A DNA stretch of 31,086 nucleotides from a virus (Duplodnaviria; Caudoviricetes): IMG/VR virus record IMGVR_UViG_3300017951_000068, positions 1 through 31,086 of that record, one strand, 5' to 3'. The stretch's first letter is position 1. Each line of letters begins with the position of its first letter. Below are positions 1 to 9,435 of this stretch, piece by piece. Below the pieces are notes generated by a model. That model searched no databases and was not told the origin of the DNA. It saw only the letters and a program-made list of their open reading frames with translations. Made by a program: the position numbers and the translations under genes.

Positions 1-264
1 AATACCACAGAGCGCCGACAAAGAAAGGATATGGAACGAAAGTCGCACCAAATTAAAAAGGAGCAACAAAAGAAAACGCAAATGCTCGAAAAACTTTTCC
101 ATATGAAATTACAGGCATTTGAAATCCCAGAGATTGCGAACAGTGAAAACAAGGCGTTGCGTACAAGATTGCGACGTTCTCAGAATGAAGTAGAAATGAA
201 TGCCTACGCGGCTTTGATTATTGGAAAGGAATTGGGAATTTTAGAAAATGACGGAACCAACTAA
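1..264 (+). CDS. Hypothetical protein, probably 5'-truncated (helical, basic)
   Basis: Frame 1 is open from base 1 (NTTERRQRKD) into the ATG at 31. The stop overlaps the next gene. No recognisable motif. Confidence 0.6.
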   Translation, partial: NTTERRQRKDMERKSHQIKKEQQKKTQMLEKLFHMKLQAFEIPEIANSENKALRTRLRRSQNEVEMNAYAALIIGKELGILENDGTN

Positions 265-1015
265 AGGCTACGTAGTCGTAGCATCACGTACAAAGTTTTT
301 CTACCACTCTGCATGTAACCTCATTGAATCCATCAAGGATTTTTATCCTGAAGCAAAGTGTTGTCTCGTAACAGAAGATTGGTTATTAACTGATCGTGGT
401 CGTGCACTCGCGGACGATATCATCATATGTGATGATCACAAACGCGCAAAGATCTGGGGAATGGCACGGTCACCATATGACCTCACGTTTTACATTGATG
501 CAGACACAGAGTGTGAACACGAAGACATTGCGACAGTCTTCGATAAGTTTGACGGGTATGACGTATTGTTTACAGGTCTTCCCGTAGAACGGCACTATTG
601 TTATGCAGAAGTTTATTTCCCCGGCGCAACCAAACCAGATGGTTCGAAGGGTGGTTTTGAATTGTGTGGAGGTGTTTGTCTTTATGACATGCGTAACCCT
701 CTCGTTAAAAAGTTCATGCACGAATGGTATGATCTCACAGTAGAACAGTATGCTGGTCGATGGTGGCCAACCAAAGAAGACGGAAGTGAAGATCTAGACA
801 ATTATCCAGAGTCTTTCAAACGGTGGGATCAGTTCTCTTTGTGGTGGTTGACCAACAAGGACGAACAATTCAAAGATCTAAAGGTTGGTGTGATCGAAGA
901 CGATGCGCGGTGGAATTACTACTCTAAATATAAGGCACACTTGAACCATAACAAGGAACCTATTGTGATTCGACACTATTCGTCTTCGGGTGCCAAACAG
1001 GAATATTTTAGATGA
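248..1015 (+). CDS. GT-A fold glycosyltransferase (GT8/nucleotide-diphospho-sugar transferase-like)
   Basis: N-terminal YVVVAS..SACNLIESIK, K..SPYDLTFYIDADT (DxD motif), later GGV, DQFSLW and C-terminal IRHY, which is the GT8-type motif order. Confidence 0.75.
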   Translation: MTEPTKGYVVVASRTKFFYHSACNLIESIKDFYPEAKCCLVTEDWLLTDRGRALADDIIICDDHKRAKIWGMARSPYDLTFYIDADTECEHEDIATVFDKFDGYDVLFTGLPVERHYCYAEVYFPGATKPDGSKGGFELCGGVCLYDMRNPLVKKFMHEWYDLTVEQYAGRWWPTKEDGSEDLDNYPESFKRWDQFSLWWLTNKDEQFKDLKVGVIEDDARWNYYSKYKAHLNHNKEPIVIRHYSSSGAKQEYFR

Positions 1016-1692
1016 TGAACGACATTCCTCTAAATGAGGAGACAAAAGAAATACTCAACGAGACTTTGTGGTTCTTGAAGAATGAGAACTACAAGTCTGT
1101 ACACATGACGTGTGGAAAACACCTTAATGAAAAAGACGCAGACCATTTTACCTCAGAAGAATACCTTGAACACATCCGTTCACTTGGAAGAAAACATGAC
1201 GGATTCCCAGAATCAATCACCGGATATTCTTTTGGACACAACGGAATGCACTTCACCAACACCGCAGGCAACCTGGCAGACGAGGTGGGTCAAAGAATTT
1301 TCGGATTTTACGAGAGGTTTCAGACTCAATTTAATTTGAAAAAGAATGCACTGTTTACGGTGTATCCAGAAAAATATGGATTCATTTCGTGGCACAACAA
1401 TGCGAATGCATCTGCATACAACTTTGTCTTCACCTATTCGGAGACCGGTGATGGATGGTGGAAACACTACGACCCGATCAAAAGAGAAATTGTAACGATT
1501 CCAGACAAAGTGGGGTGGCAGTGTAAGGCAGGATATTTTGGATCATATGAGGATGGTGTGGACAGGATATGTTATCACACTGCGAGAAACACAGGGGACG
1601 GTCTTCGGATGACTATCGCATTCATTTTAGATCGATCAGAAATATCTTCTGGTCTACAAGAATGGGTGATTGAGGATATTCAAGCGCCGTAA
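1012..1692 (+). CDS. Cupin / 2OG-Fe(II) oxygenase-like protein
   Basis: YPEKYGFISWHNN followed by F-V-F-T-Y beta strands, distal CYHTA and RMTIAF. This matches the double-stranded beta-helix H...H...R layout, with HxN in place of HxD. ATGA-coupled to the glycosyltransferase. Confidence 0.55.
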   Translation: MMNDIPLNEETKEILNETLWFLKNENYKSVHMTCGKHLNEKDADHFTSEEYLEHIRSLGRKHDGFPESITGYSFGHNGMHFTNTAGNLADEVGQRIFGFYERFQTQFNLKKNALFTVYPEKYGFISWHNNANASAYNFVFTYSETGDGWWKHYDPIKREIVTIPDKVGWQCKAGYFGSYEDGVDRICYHTARNTGDGLRMTIAFILDRSEISSGLQEWVIEDIQAP

Positions 1693-1695
1693 ACG

Positions 1696-1703
1696 TATAA
1701 ATA
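1696..1703 (+). promoter_or_regulatory. T4-type late promoter TATAAATA
   Basis: Exact consensus in the intergenic gap upstream of the structural gene at 1735. Confidence 0.85.
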
Positions 1704-1734
1704 AAACCATAAAACACTTTTATGGAAGTTCTTT

Positions 1735-2085
1735 ATGGCATACTACGAAGATCTTACAATAGATCAGGGTACCGATGTAGCGATCGACCTTTACCTAGTA
1801 AACAAAGATGGGACAGCAAAAGATTTGACTGGGTATTCGGCCGCCGGTAAACTGGCAACCAGTCACGATGTAAGTGACTCAGATAAGGTCGCGTTTGATG
1901 CAAATGTTGTCGCACCGGCAACCGATGGTATTGTCAATCTCAAACTCACAAATTCACAAACAACGTTGTTAAATCATCGCCGACGATATGTTTACGATGT
2001 AGAAATATCCAGCGACAGTGATGGAACAACTACTATCGAAAGAGTGTTGCAAGGTTTAATTACTGTTAGTCCGGCAGTTACATAA
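1735..2085 (+). CDS. Small Ig-like virion structural protein (BppU N-terminal-like)
   Basis: LTIDQGTD...DLTGYSA...G.V.L.LT..QT..L...RYVYDVEI...RVLQG.ITVSP.VT pattern, typical of phage baseplate-upper-protein-like domains. Follows a late promoter. Confidence 0.65.
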   Translation: MAYYEDLTIDQGTDVAIDLYLVNKDGTAKDLTGYSAAGKLATSHDVSDSDKVAFDANVVAPATDGIVNLKLTNSQTTLLNHRRRYVYDVEISSDSDGTTTIERVLQGLITVSPAVT

Positions 2086-2095
2086 GGGGTAGTAG

Positions 2096-2938
2096 ATGTC
2101 GAACGACCAGAACAATCCGCATCAATATCGCGTCACTGTAGGAGACACCACTAAGGTTCTCAAGATTGAGGTTGGTGTTCCAACCCGCAGTGTCACTATT
2201 TCTAACGCGGTCAATCTTAACGATGTTATTGGTATCACCACAAGTAACATTCAAGAGGGTGACATTCTCATCGCAGATAGCGATGGTATATTAAGAAACT
2301 CTCAAGCAAGTGTCAACAAGATTGACGGCAAAGTTTTCAACCGCGACTCTGATCGTGGTTTCATACTTATTCGACGTTCTGCAGACTTCGGTACACCGAT
2401 AGGATACCGTGGTGGTGAACTTGCATATTCTTATCTCGCAGATCCCTCTGCCGGTGGCGGTGGAAATGGAGGAGATCGTCTTTACTTTGGTGTAGGTTCA
2501 GACGGTAATGAACTTGCAGAAAGAATTGATGTTATCGGTGGTAAATACTTCACTGATTTATTGATTCACACTCATGGTGTTACAACCCCTAATACAGCGC
2601 TTCTTGTTGACTCCGTGAGAGCAGTTGATCAGTTAACCATCGGTGATTTAACAGTCAACGATGCGGTAACTACAGATAGATTGGACGCAGACTCTGCCAC
2701 AATCGGAACACTTTCAGTAACTTCAATCAATATAAGTGACTTAGTCGCGAATCTTGTGCAAGTTATACGAGAAGGTGAGGGTATCAATGTAGCTGAAGAT
2801 TCTTCGGGTAAACTTGTTATATCCGCAGAATTTGGTACATCCACAAACGCGGGTGTCGTATTCTTTGACTCTGATCAGTTTAATGTCGGAGACTCTGGAG
2901 AAGTAACATTGATTGTAAACGACGGTGGAACATTCTAA
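2096..2938 (+). CDS. Short tail/head fibre-like structural protein
   Basis: ILIRRS...GELAYSY...GGDRLYFG...IDVIGGKYFTD and C-terminal DGGTF, motifs I recognise from fibre proteins of marine T4-like phages. Strong RBS (AAGGGG). Confidence 0.6.
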   Translation: MSNDQNNPHQYRVTVGDTTKVLKIEVGVPTRSVTISNAVNLNDVIGITTSNIQEGDILIADSDGILRNSQASVNKIDGKVFNRDSDRGFILIRRSADFGTPIGYRGGELAYSYLADPSAGGGGNGGDRLYFGVGSDGNELAERIDVIGGKYFTDLLIHTHGVTTPNTALLVDSVRAVDQLTIGDLTVNDAVTTDRLDADSATIGTLSVTSINISDLVANLVQVIREGEGINVAEDSSGKLVISAEFGTSTNAGVVFFDSDQFNVGDSGEVTLIVNDGGTF

Positions 2939-2944
2939 TAAATA
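2937..2944 (+). promoter_or_regulatory. Probable late promoter variant AATAAATA
   Basis: One mismatch to TATAAATA, at a gene junction, but very close to the ATG at 2951. Confidence 0.4.
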
Positions 2945-2950
2945 GGTATT

Positions 2951-5278
2951 ATGACTACTCAACAATTACAAAAAAGAACATCGGTACCCGGCAGACGACC
3001 CGGCATTAGTGACATTGCGCTTGGTGAAATCGCAATCAACACCTATGACGGAAGAATGTATATCAAACGCGATGCGGATGGTAACATCGATGTCGTGCAG
3101 GTTGGTGATGATCAGGTCGATAACGTTTTTTATGTTTCAAAGTCTGGTATCAAAGGTAATTTAGGTACGTCTTTACAAGATGCGTTTAACACACTCGACT
3201 CCGCAGTAACTCATGTTACAACACTTCACTCGTTCACATTTGATCGGGTCAAGTGTAAACGTGACTTTGGTTTAATCTTCGATGGTCTATATCACGATAT
3301 TGCTTTCGGAACAAACTACAATGCGGTGACATCTGGTCTATCATATCAACGTGCGAGCGCAAACGTTGTGCGAGATGCACAGTTAGTTGCAACTCGATCA
3401 GGTTTTAACGAAGCGAAGGGTGCAGTCGCATCGGTTCCAGAAGTTAAAAGTAGCACAGGTACAGACGGTGCATTGCAAAGAAATAACCGTCACTGGTCAG
3501 AAGTTGTAGATATTCTGGTCAATGGTGCGGTCTCAACGGAGACTGCGGCAGATGCACTTGTATTCCCCGCACCCGCAGTATTACCTTCAGGTGATGCGGA
3601 CGATGCGGCAGTTATTCTACAGGAAAACCGTGATTACCTCAAGAACGAAGCCATCGCATACATCACCGCAAACTTCCCATCATTAACATACGACGAAACC
3701 AAGTGTCGACGGGACGTGGGTTTCATTGTCGATGCGTTGACCTTTGACATTCTTTATGGTGGTACACACGCAGTACAGATCGTCGCACAATCATACTTTG
3801 TCGATGGGACTTCTCAGTTACCGGCAGCACAACAATCTCAGTCGGTTGACACGTACACACACCTTGGTGTCATTGTTGATGAGTTGGTGCGTAATTCTTT
3901 GTCGTCCAATCTGACTTCAACAGATTTAGATACTTCAGGTAACAGTGGTAATTTCGCAACGTCGACAGAAGGTGACAGACTCAAGAACGATCTTGTTCCT
4001 ATTTTTGTAGATGTGATTGATAATGACAGTCTTGGTGGTCTTCCCGCGAAAGTAGAACCCAATTACGTATCACGAGGAGTCAGTGCTGCACTGCGAAGTG
4101 CAATTACTGCAATCAAAGCTCTAGAAGATCTTATTATCACACAGTCAGTAGAACGTGCAGCGACCACAGGTGATACAACGATCTACCTAAAGTCGGGTGA
4201 CTATGCAATCAACAATCCGTTGAAATTACCACCCAAGACTGCGATCGTTGGAGACAACCTAAGAACGGTCACGGTTCGTCCTCAGAACGTCGACTCAGAT
4301 TTGTTCTATATGGACAACGGTACATTTATCAAAGATATAACCTTCCGTGATCACCAGAGTCTTGCCGCGTGTGTTTCCTTTGATCCAAGTGTAGACTCGC
4401 CCGGCGCAGGACCGTTTATCATTCAGTCACCATACGTGCAGAACTGTACATCAATCACCACAGATGGTGTGGGTATGCGTATCGATGGATCAAAGGCATC
4501 TGGTCTACGATCAATGGTGTCAGATGCATTTACACAGTATAACGCAGCCGGTTTCGGTGTACAACTGTTAAATCGTGGATACGCGCAGTTGGTATCGATC
4601 TTTACAATATCGACCGCCACATCGATCGAGGCGAAGTCTGGTGGACAGTGTTCGGTCGCAAACAGTAATGCGTCGTTCGGTGACTTTGGTCTGGTTGCAG
4701 AAGGATCAAGTCCACCCTTATATCGTGGTGTTTTAGAATCAGATCAAGCAGTATTCGCGGACGTGATACGTTACACGGATGTTCGAAACCTTGACTCGTA
4801 TAGTTACCTTGACGAACTAAACGCATTCAAGAAACCAAACTATAACGATGCGATCAAGTTTGATTCAGAAGATTTCTATTACACGATTGTAGGTGTCGAT
4901 TCAGTATCGCCAGGCGTGTACGATCTCACCATGCAACCACCCATGAACGTTGCAAAGGCAGGTGGTCAGACTGTAAACTTCCACCAACGATCACAGATCA
5001 CAACCTCATCTCACACGTTTGAGTATGTGGGTTCAGGTACAAACACATTTACTGCGATTCCTCAGAACGGTGGTATTCCAAGTCGCGATCGAGAGGTCAA
5101 GTTTGACTCAGCGACACAAGAAGGTCTCGTGGTATTCACAAGTACGGATCAGTTAGGAGATTTCCGAATTGGTGCAGACTTGACAATCAACAGAGCAGAG
5201 GGACGTATCGAGGGTGAAACCTTTGAACGATCCCTGTTCGAAATTCTAACACCATACATCTTAGCACTTGAGGGTTAA
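2951..5278 (+). CDS. Virion fibre/structural protein with Mtd-like N-terminus, two helical KCxRD repeats and a pectin-lyase-like beta-helix
   Basis: N-terminal KRTSVPGRRP..IALGEIAINTYDGRMYIK; VFYVSKSG..GTS; TIYLKSGDY..NNPL..P...AIVGDNLR.V.VRP; SPYVQNCTS; QLVSIFT; C-terminal SSHTFEYVGSG..TSTDQLGDFRIG. Confidence 0.7.
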   Translation: MTTQQLQKRTSVPGRRPGISDIALGEIAINTYDGRMYIKRDADGNIDVVQVGDDQVDNVFYVSKSGIKGNLGTSLQDAFNTLDSAVTHVTTLHSFTFDRVKCKRDFGLIFDGLYHDIAFGTNYNAVTSGLSYQRASANVVRDAQLVATRSGFNEAKGAVASVPEVKSSTGTDGALQRNNRHWSEVVDILVNGAVSTETAADALVFPAPAVLPSGDADDAAVILQENRDYLKNEAIAYITANFPSLTYDETKCRRDVGFIVDALTFDILYGGTHAVQIVAQSYFVDGTSQLPAAQQSQSVDTYTHLGVIVDELVRNSLSSNLTSTDLDTSGNSGNFATSTEGDRLKNDLVPIFVDVIDNDSLGGLPAKVEPNYVSRGVSAALRSAITAIKALEDLIITQSVERAATTGDTTIYLKSGDYAINNPLKLPPKTAIVGDNLRTVTVRPQNVDSDLFYMDNGTFIKDITFRDHQSLAACVSFDPSVDSPGAGPFIIQSPYVQNCTSITTDGVGMRIDGSKASGLRSMVSDAFTQYNAAGFGVQLLNRGYAQLVSIFTISTATSIEAKSGGQCSVANSNASFGDFGLVAEGSSPPLYRGVLESDQAVFADVIRYTDVRNLDSYSYLDELNAFKKPNYNDAIKFDSEDFYYTIVGVDSVSPGVYDLTMQPPMNVAKAGGQTVNFHQRSQITTSSHTFEYVGSGTNTFTAIPQNGGIPSRDREVKFDSATQEGLVVFTSTDQLGDFRIGADLTINRAEGRIEGETFERSLFEILTPYILALEG

Positions 5279-5280
5279 AA

Positions 5281-5652
5281 ATGGCAATCCCATTAAATGA
5301 ATTTAAAACGAGAACTGCGAAGTTAGTCTCTAAACCGCCAGGCGGATTTATCGGTGATAGTGATGTCATCTATACAACTCCGAATGGCATCACATGTGTT
5401 GTGTTGATGGCGCAAGCCGCAAACACATCTGAGACGGACGTGCATCAAGTGACTTTCCAACATTATGACACAACGACAGACGTTGCGACTAATGTTGTAA
5501 AGAATTTTGATGTGCAACCAAATGACGCTGCGGGTCTCGTTACTGGTAAACTCATTGTAGAACAAAACAACAAAATGCGAGCATTTACAGAGGACACATC
5601 TGACAGTGATGTGAACTTTATCTTCTCGTTCTTACAGGCATTGAACGGTTAA
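5281..5652 (+). CDS. Conserved small structural protein of marine T4-like phages
   Basis: MAIPLNEFKT...IYTTP.G...VVLMAQ.AN...GKLIVE pattern. Tightly coupled to the flanking fibre genes. Confidence 0.6.
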   Translation: MAIPLNEFKTRTAKLVSKPPGGFIGDSDVIYTTPNGITCVVLMAQAANTSETDVHQVTFQHYDTTTDVATNVVKNFDVQPNDAAGLVTGKLIVEQNNKMRAFTEDTSDSDVNFIFSFLQALNG

Positions 5653-5656
5653 TTAG

Positions 5657-7792
5657 ATGGCGACGAAAGGATTATCACAACTTAGTGGGAAGGTAAGAGT
5701 AAGAGCGTTTACGCGTCTCGACTCAGACCGTACAACTTTCCTCAGTCTGGATCAGGCAGAACCCAATCTAGGTTTGCCTTCAGACAGTGGTGGTATTCTT
5801 TTATCTGCCGCAGATGGAACTCGATTCTTTTCAAAGTCGATCACCCTTGATCAGTTAGACTTTGGTGCTGGTACACTAGATTCTGTTATTGGTGGAAACG
5901 AAAGACACGTACTTGCAATCGTAAGTCCCAATACTGCGAATGAAGTTGGTGTCATTAGTATTCGTGAACTACTGGGTGATAGTGGACTAGGGGTTGACAC
6001 TTTACAATCCGTTACTAATCGTGGTGACTCTACAGATAGAGGTATCACCATTGGAGGATTGATACTAACAAAGGCGGATAGTGTCGACTCAGGAACTCAG
6101 ATTCTTGTTCGTAATCTTGCAACCGACAGTGTAGGTATAAGGTCATTTGGATCACTCGCAGACGAAGCGGGTCTTTTGAGTGACGGAGATGTAGCGAGTT
6201 TAAGTGGTCTGTCGTTGACTGCTGTGGATAGTGATCCAGACACTAATGTAATCCTTGTAATCAATGAAACGACCGATAGTGTTGGTAAGAGAACTTTCCA
6301 ATCTCTTGCTGATGATGCTGGTTTAATATCTCAGGGTGATCCAATATCCGCAGGTGGACTGCAACTGACAGTCGCGGATAGTAATCCAACCACAACACTT
6401 GTCTTGGTAAAAGATCAGGATACCGATTCGGTTGGTATTCGATCCTTTGCGTCTTTAGCAGAGGTCAGTGCGGATACATTACAAACGATAACCGCACGTG
6501 GTGACTCAACGAGTCTTGCAATTACAATTGGTGGGTTGGTACTTACTCAAGCGGACAGTGATGCGACTACCACAGAACTACTGGTACGCAACTTACTTAC
6601 AGACAGTGTAGGTGTAAGAACATTCAGTTCTTTGGCGGATGAAGCGGGATTACTTCGAGACGGAGATGCGGCAAGTTTAAGTGGCTTAACACTGACCGCT
6701 GTAGAGAGTGATGCCACTTCAACAACGGTTCTTGTCTTAGATGAGACAACAGACAGTGTTCAAAAAAGATCTTTCCAATCTCTTGCTTCCGATGCAGGTT
6801 TGGTAAGTCAAGGAGATGCAATCAGTGCTGGTGGTTTGTCGATTACAACCGTAGATTCTGATTCGGACACAAACCAAGTTCTTGTTTTGAACCTTGCTAC
6901 AGATTCCGTAGGTATCCGTGCATTTGGAGACCTCGCTGATGATGCTGGTTTAATCGCTGACGGTGATGACATTTCTGCGGGTGGTTTGACCATTAGTCAG
7001 GTAGACAGTGATTCGGATACAACAATACTACTTGTCTTGAATGAAACCACGGATAGTGTAGGTAAACGATCGTTCCAGTCTCTCGCAGAAGATGCTGGTT
7101 TAGTATCACAGGGTGATCAAATTCAAGCGGGTGGGTTGTCGATTACTCAGGTAGACTCCGACTCTGACACCGATGTTCTATTGGTGTTGAATGAAACAAC
7201 CGATAGTGTTGGTAAGAGAACGTTTGTATCACTTGCAACTGAAGCAGGTATCGGTGCAGACACTTTACAGATAGTAACAGACCGTGGTGATTCAACAACT
7301 CGAAGTATCACTATAGGTGGATTGATATTGTCACGTGCAGACAGTGACGACACAACAACCCAACTTCTTGTTAAGAACTTACTGACAGACAGTGTTGGTG
7401 TTAGAACGTTTGCGGATCTTACAGACGAAGCTGGTCTAGGTAACGACACACTACAGTCGGTGACAGATCGTGGTGATTCAACCGACAATACTCTTACCTT
7501 TAAGGCGGGTATTATTACTCCGAATCTACCAACAAACAACGACACTACCACCGTACTCGTTTTAACCGCAGATGACAGTGTTGCACAAAGAACCTTTGCG
7601 TCACTTGCTGCAACAGAAGTCGATGACCTTCAGGATGTTACAGATCGAGGTGACTCGACAACTAACGATATTTTAATCAGAGATGCATCTTTGACTGCTG
7701 ACTCAGTGAGAGCAGAAGTTGGTTTCTTTGACAGACTAGGAAATGCTCTCATCATTTATGACTCCGCAGGTGCGATCCTGTGGGGTGCATAA
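5657..7792 (+). CDS. Repeat-rich fibre protein immediately upstream of gp13
   Basis: N-terminal LSGKVR...DR..FLSLDQAEPNLGLP followed by about ten 50-aa repeats. Confidence 0.7.
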   Translation: MATKGLSQLSGKVRVRAFTRLDSDRTTFLSLDQAEPNLGLPSDSGGILLSAADGTRFFSKSITLDQLDFGAGTLDSVIGGNERHVLAIVSPNTANEVGVISIRELLGDSGLGVDTLQSVTNRGDSTDRGITIGGLILTKADSVDSGTQILVRNLATDSVGIRSFGSLADEAGLLSDGDVASLSGLSLTAVDSDPDTNVILVINETTDSVGKRTFQSLADDAGLISQGDPISAGGLQLTVADSNPTTTLVLVKDQDTDSVGIRSFASLAEVSADTLQTITARGDSTSLAITIGGLVLTQADSDATTTELLVRNLLTDSVGVRTFSSLADEAGLLRDGDAASLSGLTLTAVESDATSTTVLVLDETTDSVQKRSFQSLASDAGLVSQGDAISAGGLSITTVDSDSDTNQVLVLNLATDSVGIRAFGDLADDAGLIADGDDISAGGLTISQVDSDSDTTILLVLNETTDSVGKRSFQSLAEDAGLVSQGDQIQAGGLSITQVDSDSDTDVLLVLNETTDSVGKRTFVSLATEAGIGADTLQIVTDRGDSTTRSITIGGLILSRADSDDTTTQLLVKNLLTDSVGVRTFADLTDEAGLGNDTLQSVTDRGDSTDNTLTFKAGIITPNLPTNNDTTTVLVLTADDSVAQRTFASLAATEVDDLQDVTDRGDSTTNDILIRDASLTADSVRAEVGFFDRLGNALIIYDSAGAILWGA
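5990..7680 (+). repeat. Coding tandem repeat with a 150-nt (50-aa) unit, interspersed with five DTLQ.VT.RGDST units
   Basis: TDSV(G/Q).R.F..LA recurs at about 6122, 6272, 6422, 6599, 6749, 6899, 7049, 7199 and 7385. Synonymous positions are diverged. Confidence 0.9.
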
Positions 7793-7795
7793 ATA
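7788..7795 (+). promoter_or_regulatory. Late promoter variant CATAAATA
   Basis: One mismatch. Overlaps the stop codon, upstream of the gp13 RBS (GGAGA). Confidence 0.65.
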
Positions 7796-7818
7796 GCAGA
7801 ACTAATTGGAGATATTAA

Positions 7819-8568
7819 ATGGCAGCGCCAACATCAAGACAGACACTCATTGACTATTGTCTTCGTCGTCTAGGTCAACCGGTAATAGAAATTAACGTTG
7901 ACGTGGATCAGATCGAGGACCGTATTGATGATTCGTTAGCGATGTATCGTGAGTTTCACGATGATGCGCTTGTTCGTATTTTCTTAAAACATCAAGTAAC
8001 GCAGACTGATATTGACAATGGGTACATCTCTATTAATTCAGACATACCATTTGTCACCAAAATATTCCCACTGAATAGAACGTTTTCATCAATCAACATG
8101 TTTGATATCAAGTATCAGATGATGTTAAACAGTCTGGGAGACTTCATGCAGTTTGCTGGTGGTATGTCTTACTACTATCAGTTAGAACAATACTTAGATT
8201 TCCTTGACAATATTCTTGAGGGTCAACCACTGACCACATTCTCTCGAAATCAGGGGCGACTTTATCTACATGGTAGTTTCGAAGATCAGGACGTAATATT
8301 AGATGAGTATATTATCGCAGAGTGTTTACAAGAAGTCGACGGTGATACGTATAACATCTGGAACGACATATTCCTTAGAGACTACGCAACCCAATCCATC
8401 AAACAACAGTGGGGTGCAAACCTCATGAAGTTCGAGGGCGTACAGTTGCCTGGCGGTGTTACAATGAATGGTCGACAAATATACGACGATGCGACAGCGG
8501 AGCTTCAAAGACTAGAAGAGAAGATGCGTCTTGAGCACGAGTCACCACCAGACTTTTTCATGGGGTAA
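7819..8568 (+). CDS. gp13: Neck protein gp13
   Basis: P.SRQ.LIDYCLRRLG.PVIEINVD.DQ.EDRIDD and K.QWG.NL.KFEGVQLPGGVT.NG. Confidence 0.95.
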   Translation: MAAPTSRQTLIDYCLRRLGQPVIEINVDVDQIEDRIDDSLAMYREFHDDALVRIFLKHQVTQTDIDNGYISINSDIPFVTKIFPLNRTFSSINMFDIKYQMMLNSLGDFMQFAGGMSYYYQLEQYLDFLDNILEGQPLTTFSRNQGRLYLHGSFEDQDVILDEYIIAECLQEVDGDTYNIWNDIFLRDYATQSIKQQWGANLMKFEGVQLPGGVTMNGRQIYDDATAELQRLEEKMRLEHESPPDFFMG

Positions 8569-8571
8569 TAG

Positions 8572-9435
8572 ATGGCAACTAATCTCTACTTCACGCAGGG
8601 GACCGCAAACGAACAGAATCTTTACGAAGATCTCATAATCGAATCTTTGAAGATGTACGGTCAGGATGTGTACTACATCCCCCGCGAAATCGTAAATCGA
8701 GATGGCATCCTTCAGGATGATACTGTTTCTCGTTTCGAAAATGCGTATCGCATTGAGATGTACGTAGAGAACACAGAGGGGTTTGATGGAGAAGGTGATC
8801 TGTTTACCAAGTTTGGTATTGAGATTCGTGACGCGGCAACCTTTATTGTTGCACGTCGACGGTGGCAGAGTCAGGTCGCACGTTTCGAAAACGATCCAGT
8901 AACAAACCCATTTTATCGTCCACGCGAAGGTGACCTAATTTACTTGACCTTATCGAAGTCGTACTTTGAGATCACTCGTGTAGAAACAGAACAACCTTTC
9001 TATCAGTTGAAGAACCTACCTGTCTTCAAGATGCGTTGCGAACTCTTTGAGTACAACGATGAAGACTTTGACACTAACGTGGGTGAGGTCAATGAGATTG
9101 AAGAAATACAGGCATACCATACTAAGTTGACTGTCGGTACTGGTCTCACCTTTGACATCGGAGAAGAGATTCATCAAGGTGACATGCGTGGTGAGGTTGC
9201 AATATACGATGGGGTCGCAGGAATACTTTACGTCGCACACAGTGGTTCGACAACTGGAGAATATGCAGAGTGGACCACCACTGCAAATATTGTCGGACAA
9301 ACGAACAACACCACTGTCACACCTACCGCTGTAGGAGAAGATTTGCAGGATGGTGCTCAGAACTTAGACTTCGACACGATTGGAGATGGGTTCCTAGACT
9401 TCAGTGAGTCCAATCCGTTTGGAGATCCGCAGTAA
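8572..9435 (+). CDS. gp14: Neck protein gp14
   Basis: EQNLYEDLIIESLKMYGQDVYYIPR, KFGIEIRD, RPREGDLIY, PFYQL, DFSESNPFG. Confidence 0.95.
   Translation: MATNLYFTQGTANEQNLYEDLIIESLKMYGQDVYYIPREIVNRDGILQDDTVSRFENAYRIEMYVENTEGFDGEGDLFTKFGIEIRDAATFIVARRRWQSQVARFENDPVTNPFYRPREGDLIYLTLSKSYFEITRVETEQPFYQLKNLPVFKMRCELFEYNDEDFDTNVGEVNEIEEIQAYHTKLTVGTGLTFDIGEEIHQGDMRGEVAIYDGVAGILYVAHSGSTTGEYAEWTTTANIVGQTNNTTVTPTAVGEDLQDGAQNLDFDTIGDGFLDFSESNPFGDPQ

Noticed and set aside
6010-7665. Five RGDS motifs as integrin ligands
   Set aside because: They are part of the repeated VT.RGDST fibre motif and are better explained by the DS bias. There is no evidence for a eukaryotic target.
5990-7680. Regular 150-nt periodicity as a CRISPR array or DGR template/variable repeat
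   Set aside because: The repeats are in-frame coding units diverged at synonymous sites. There are no identical repeats with spacers, no adenine-specific mismatch pattern and no reverse transcriptase.
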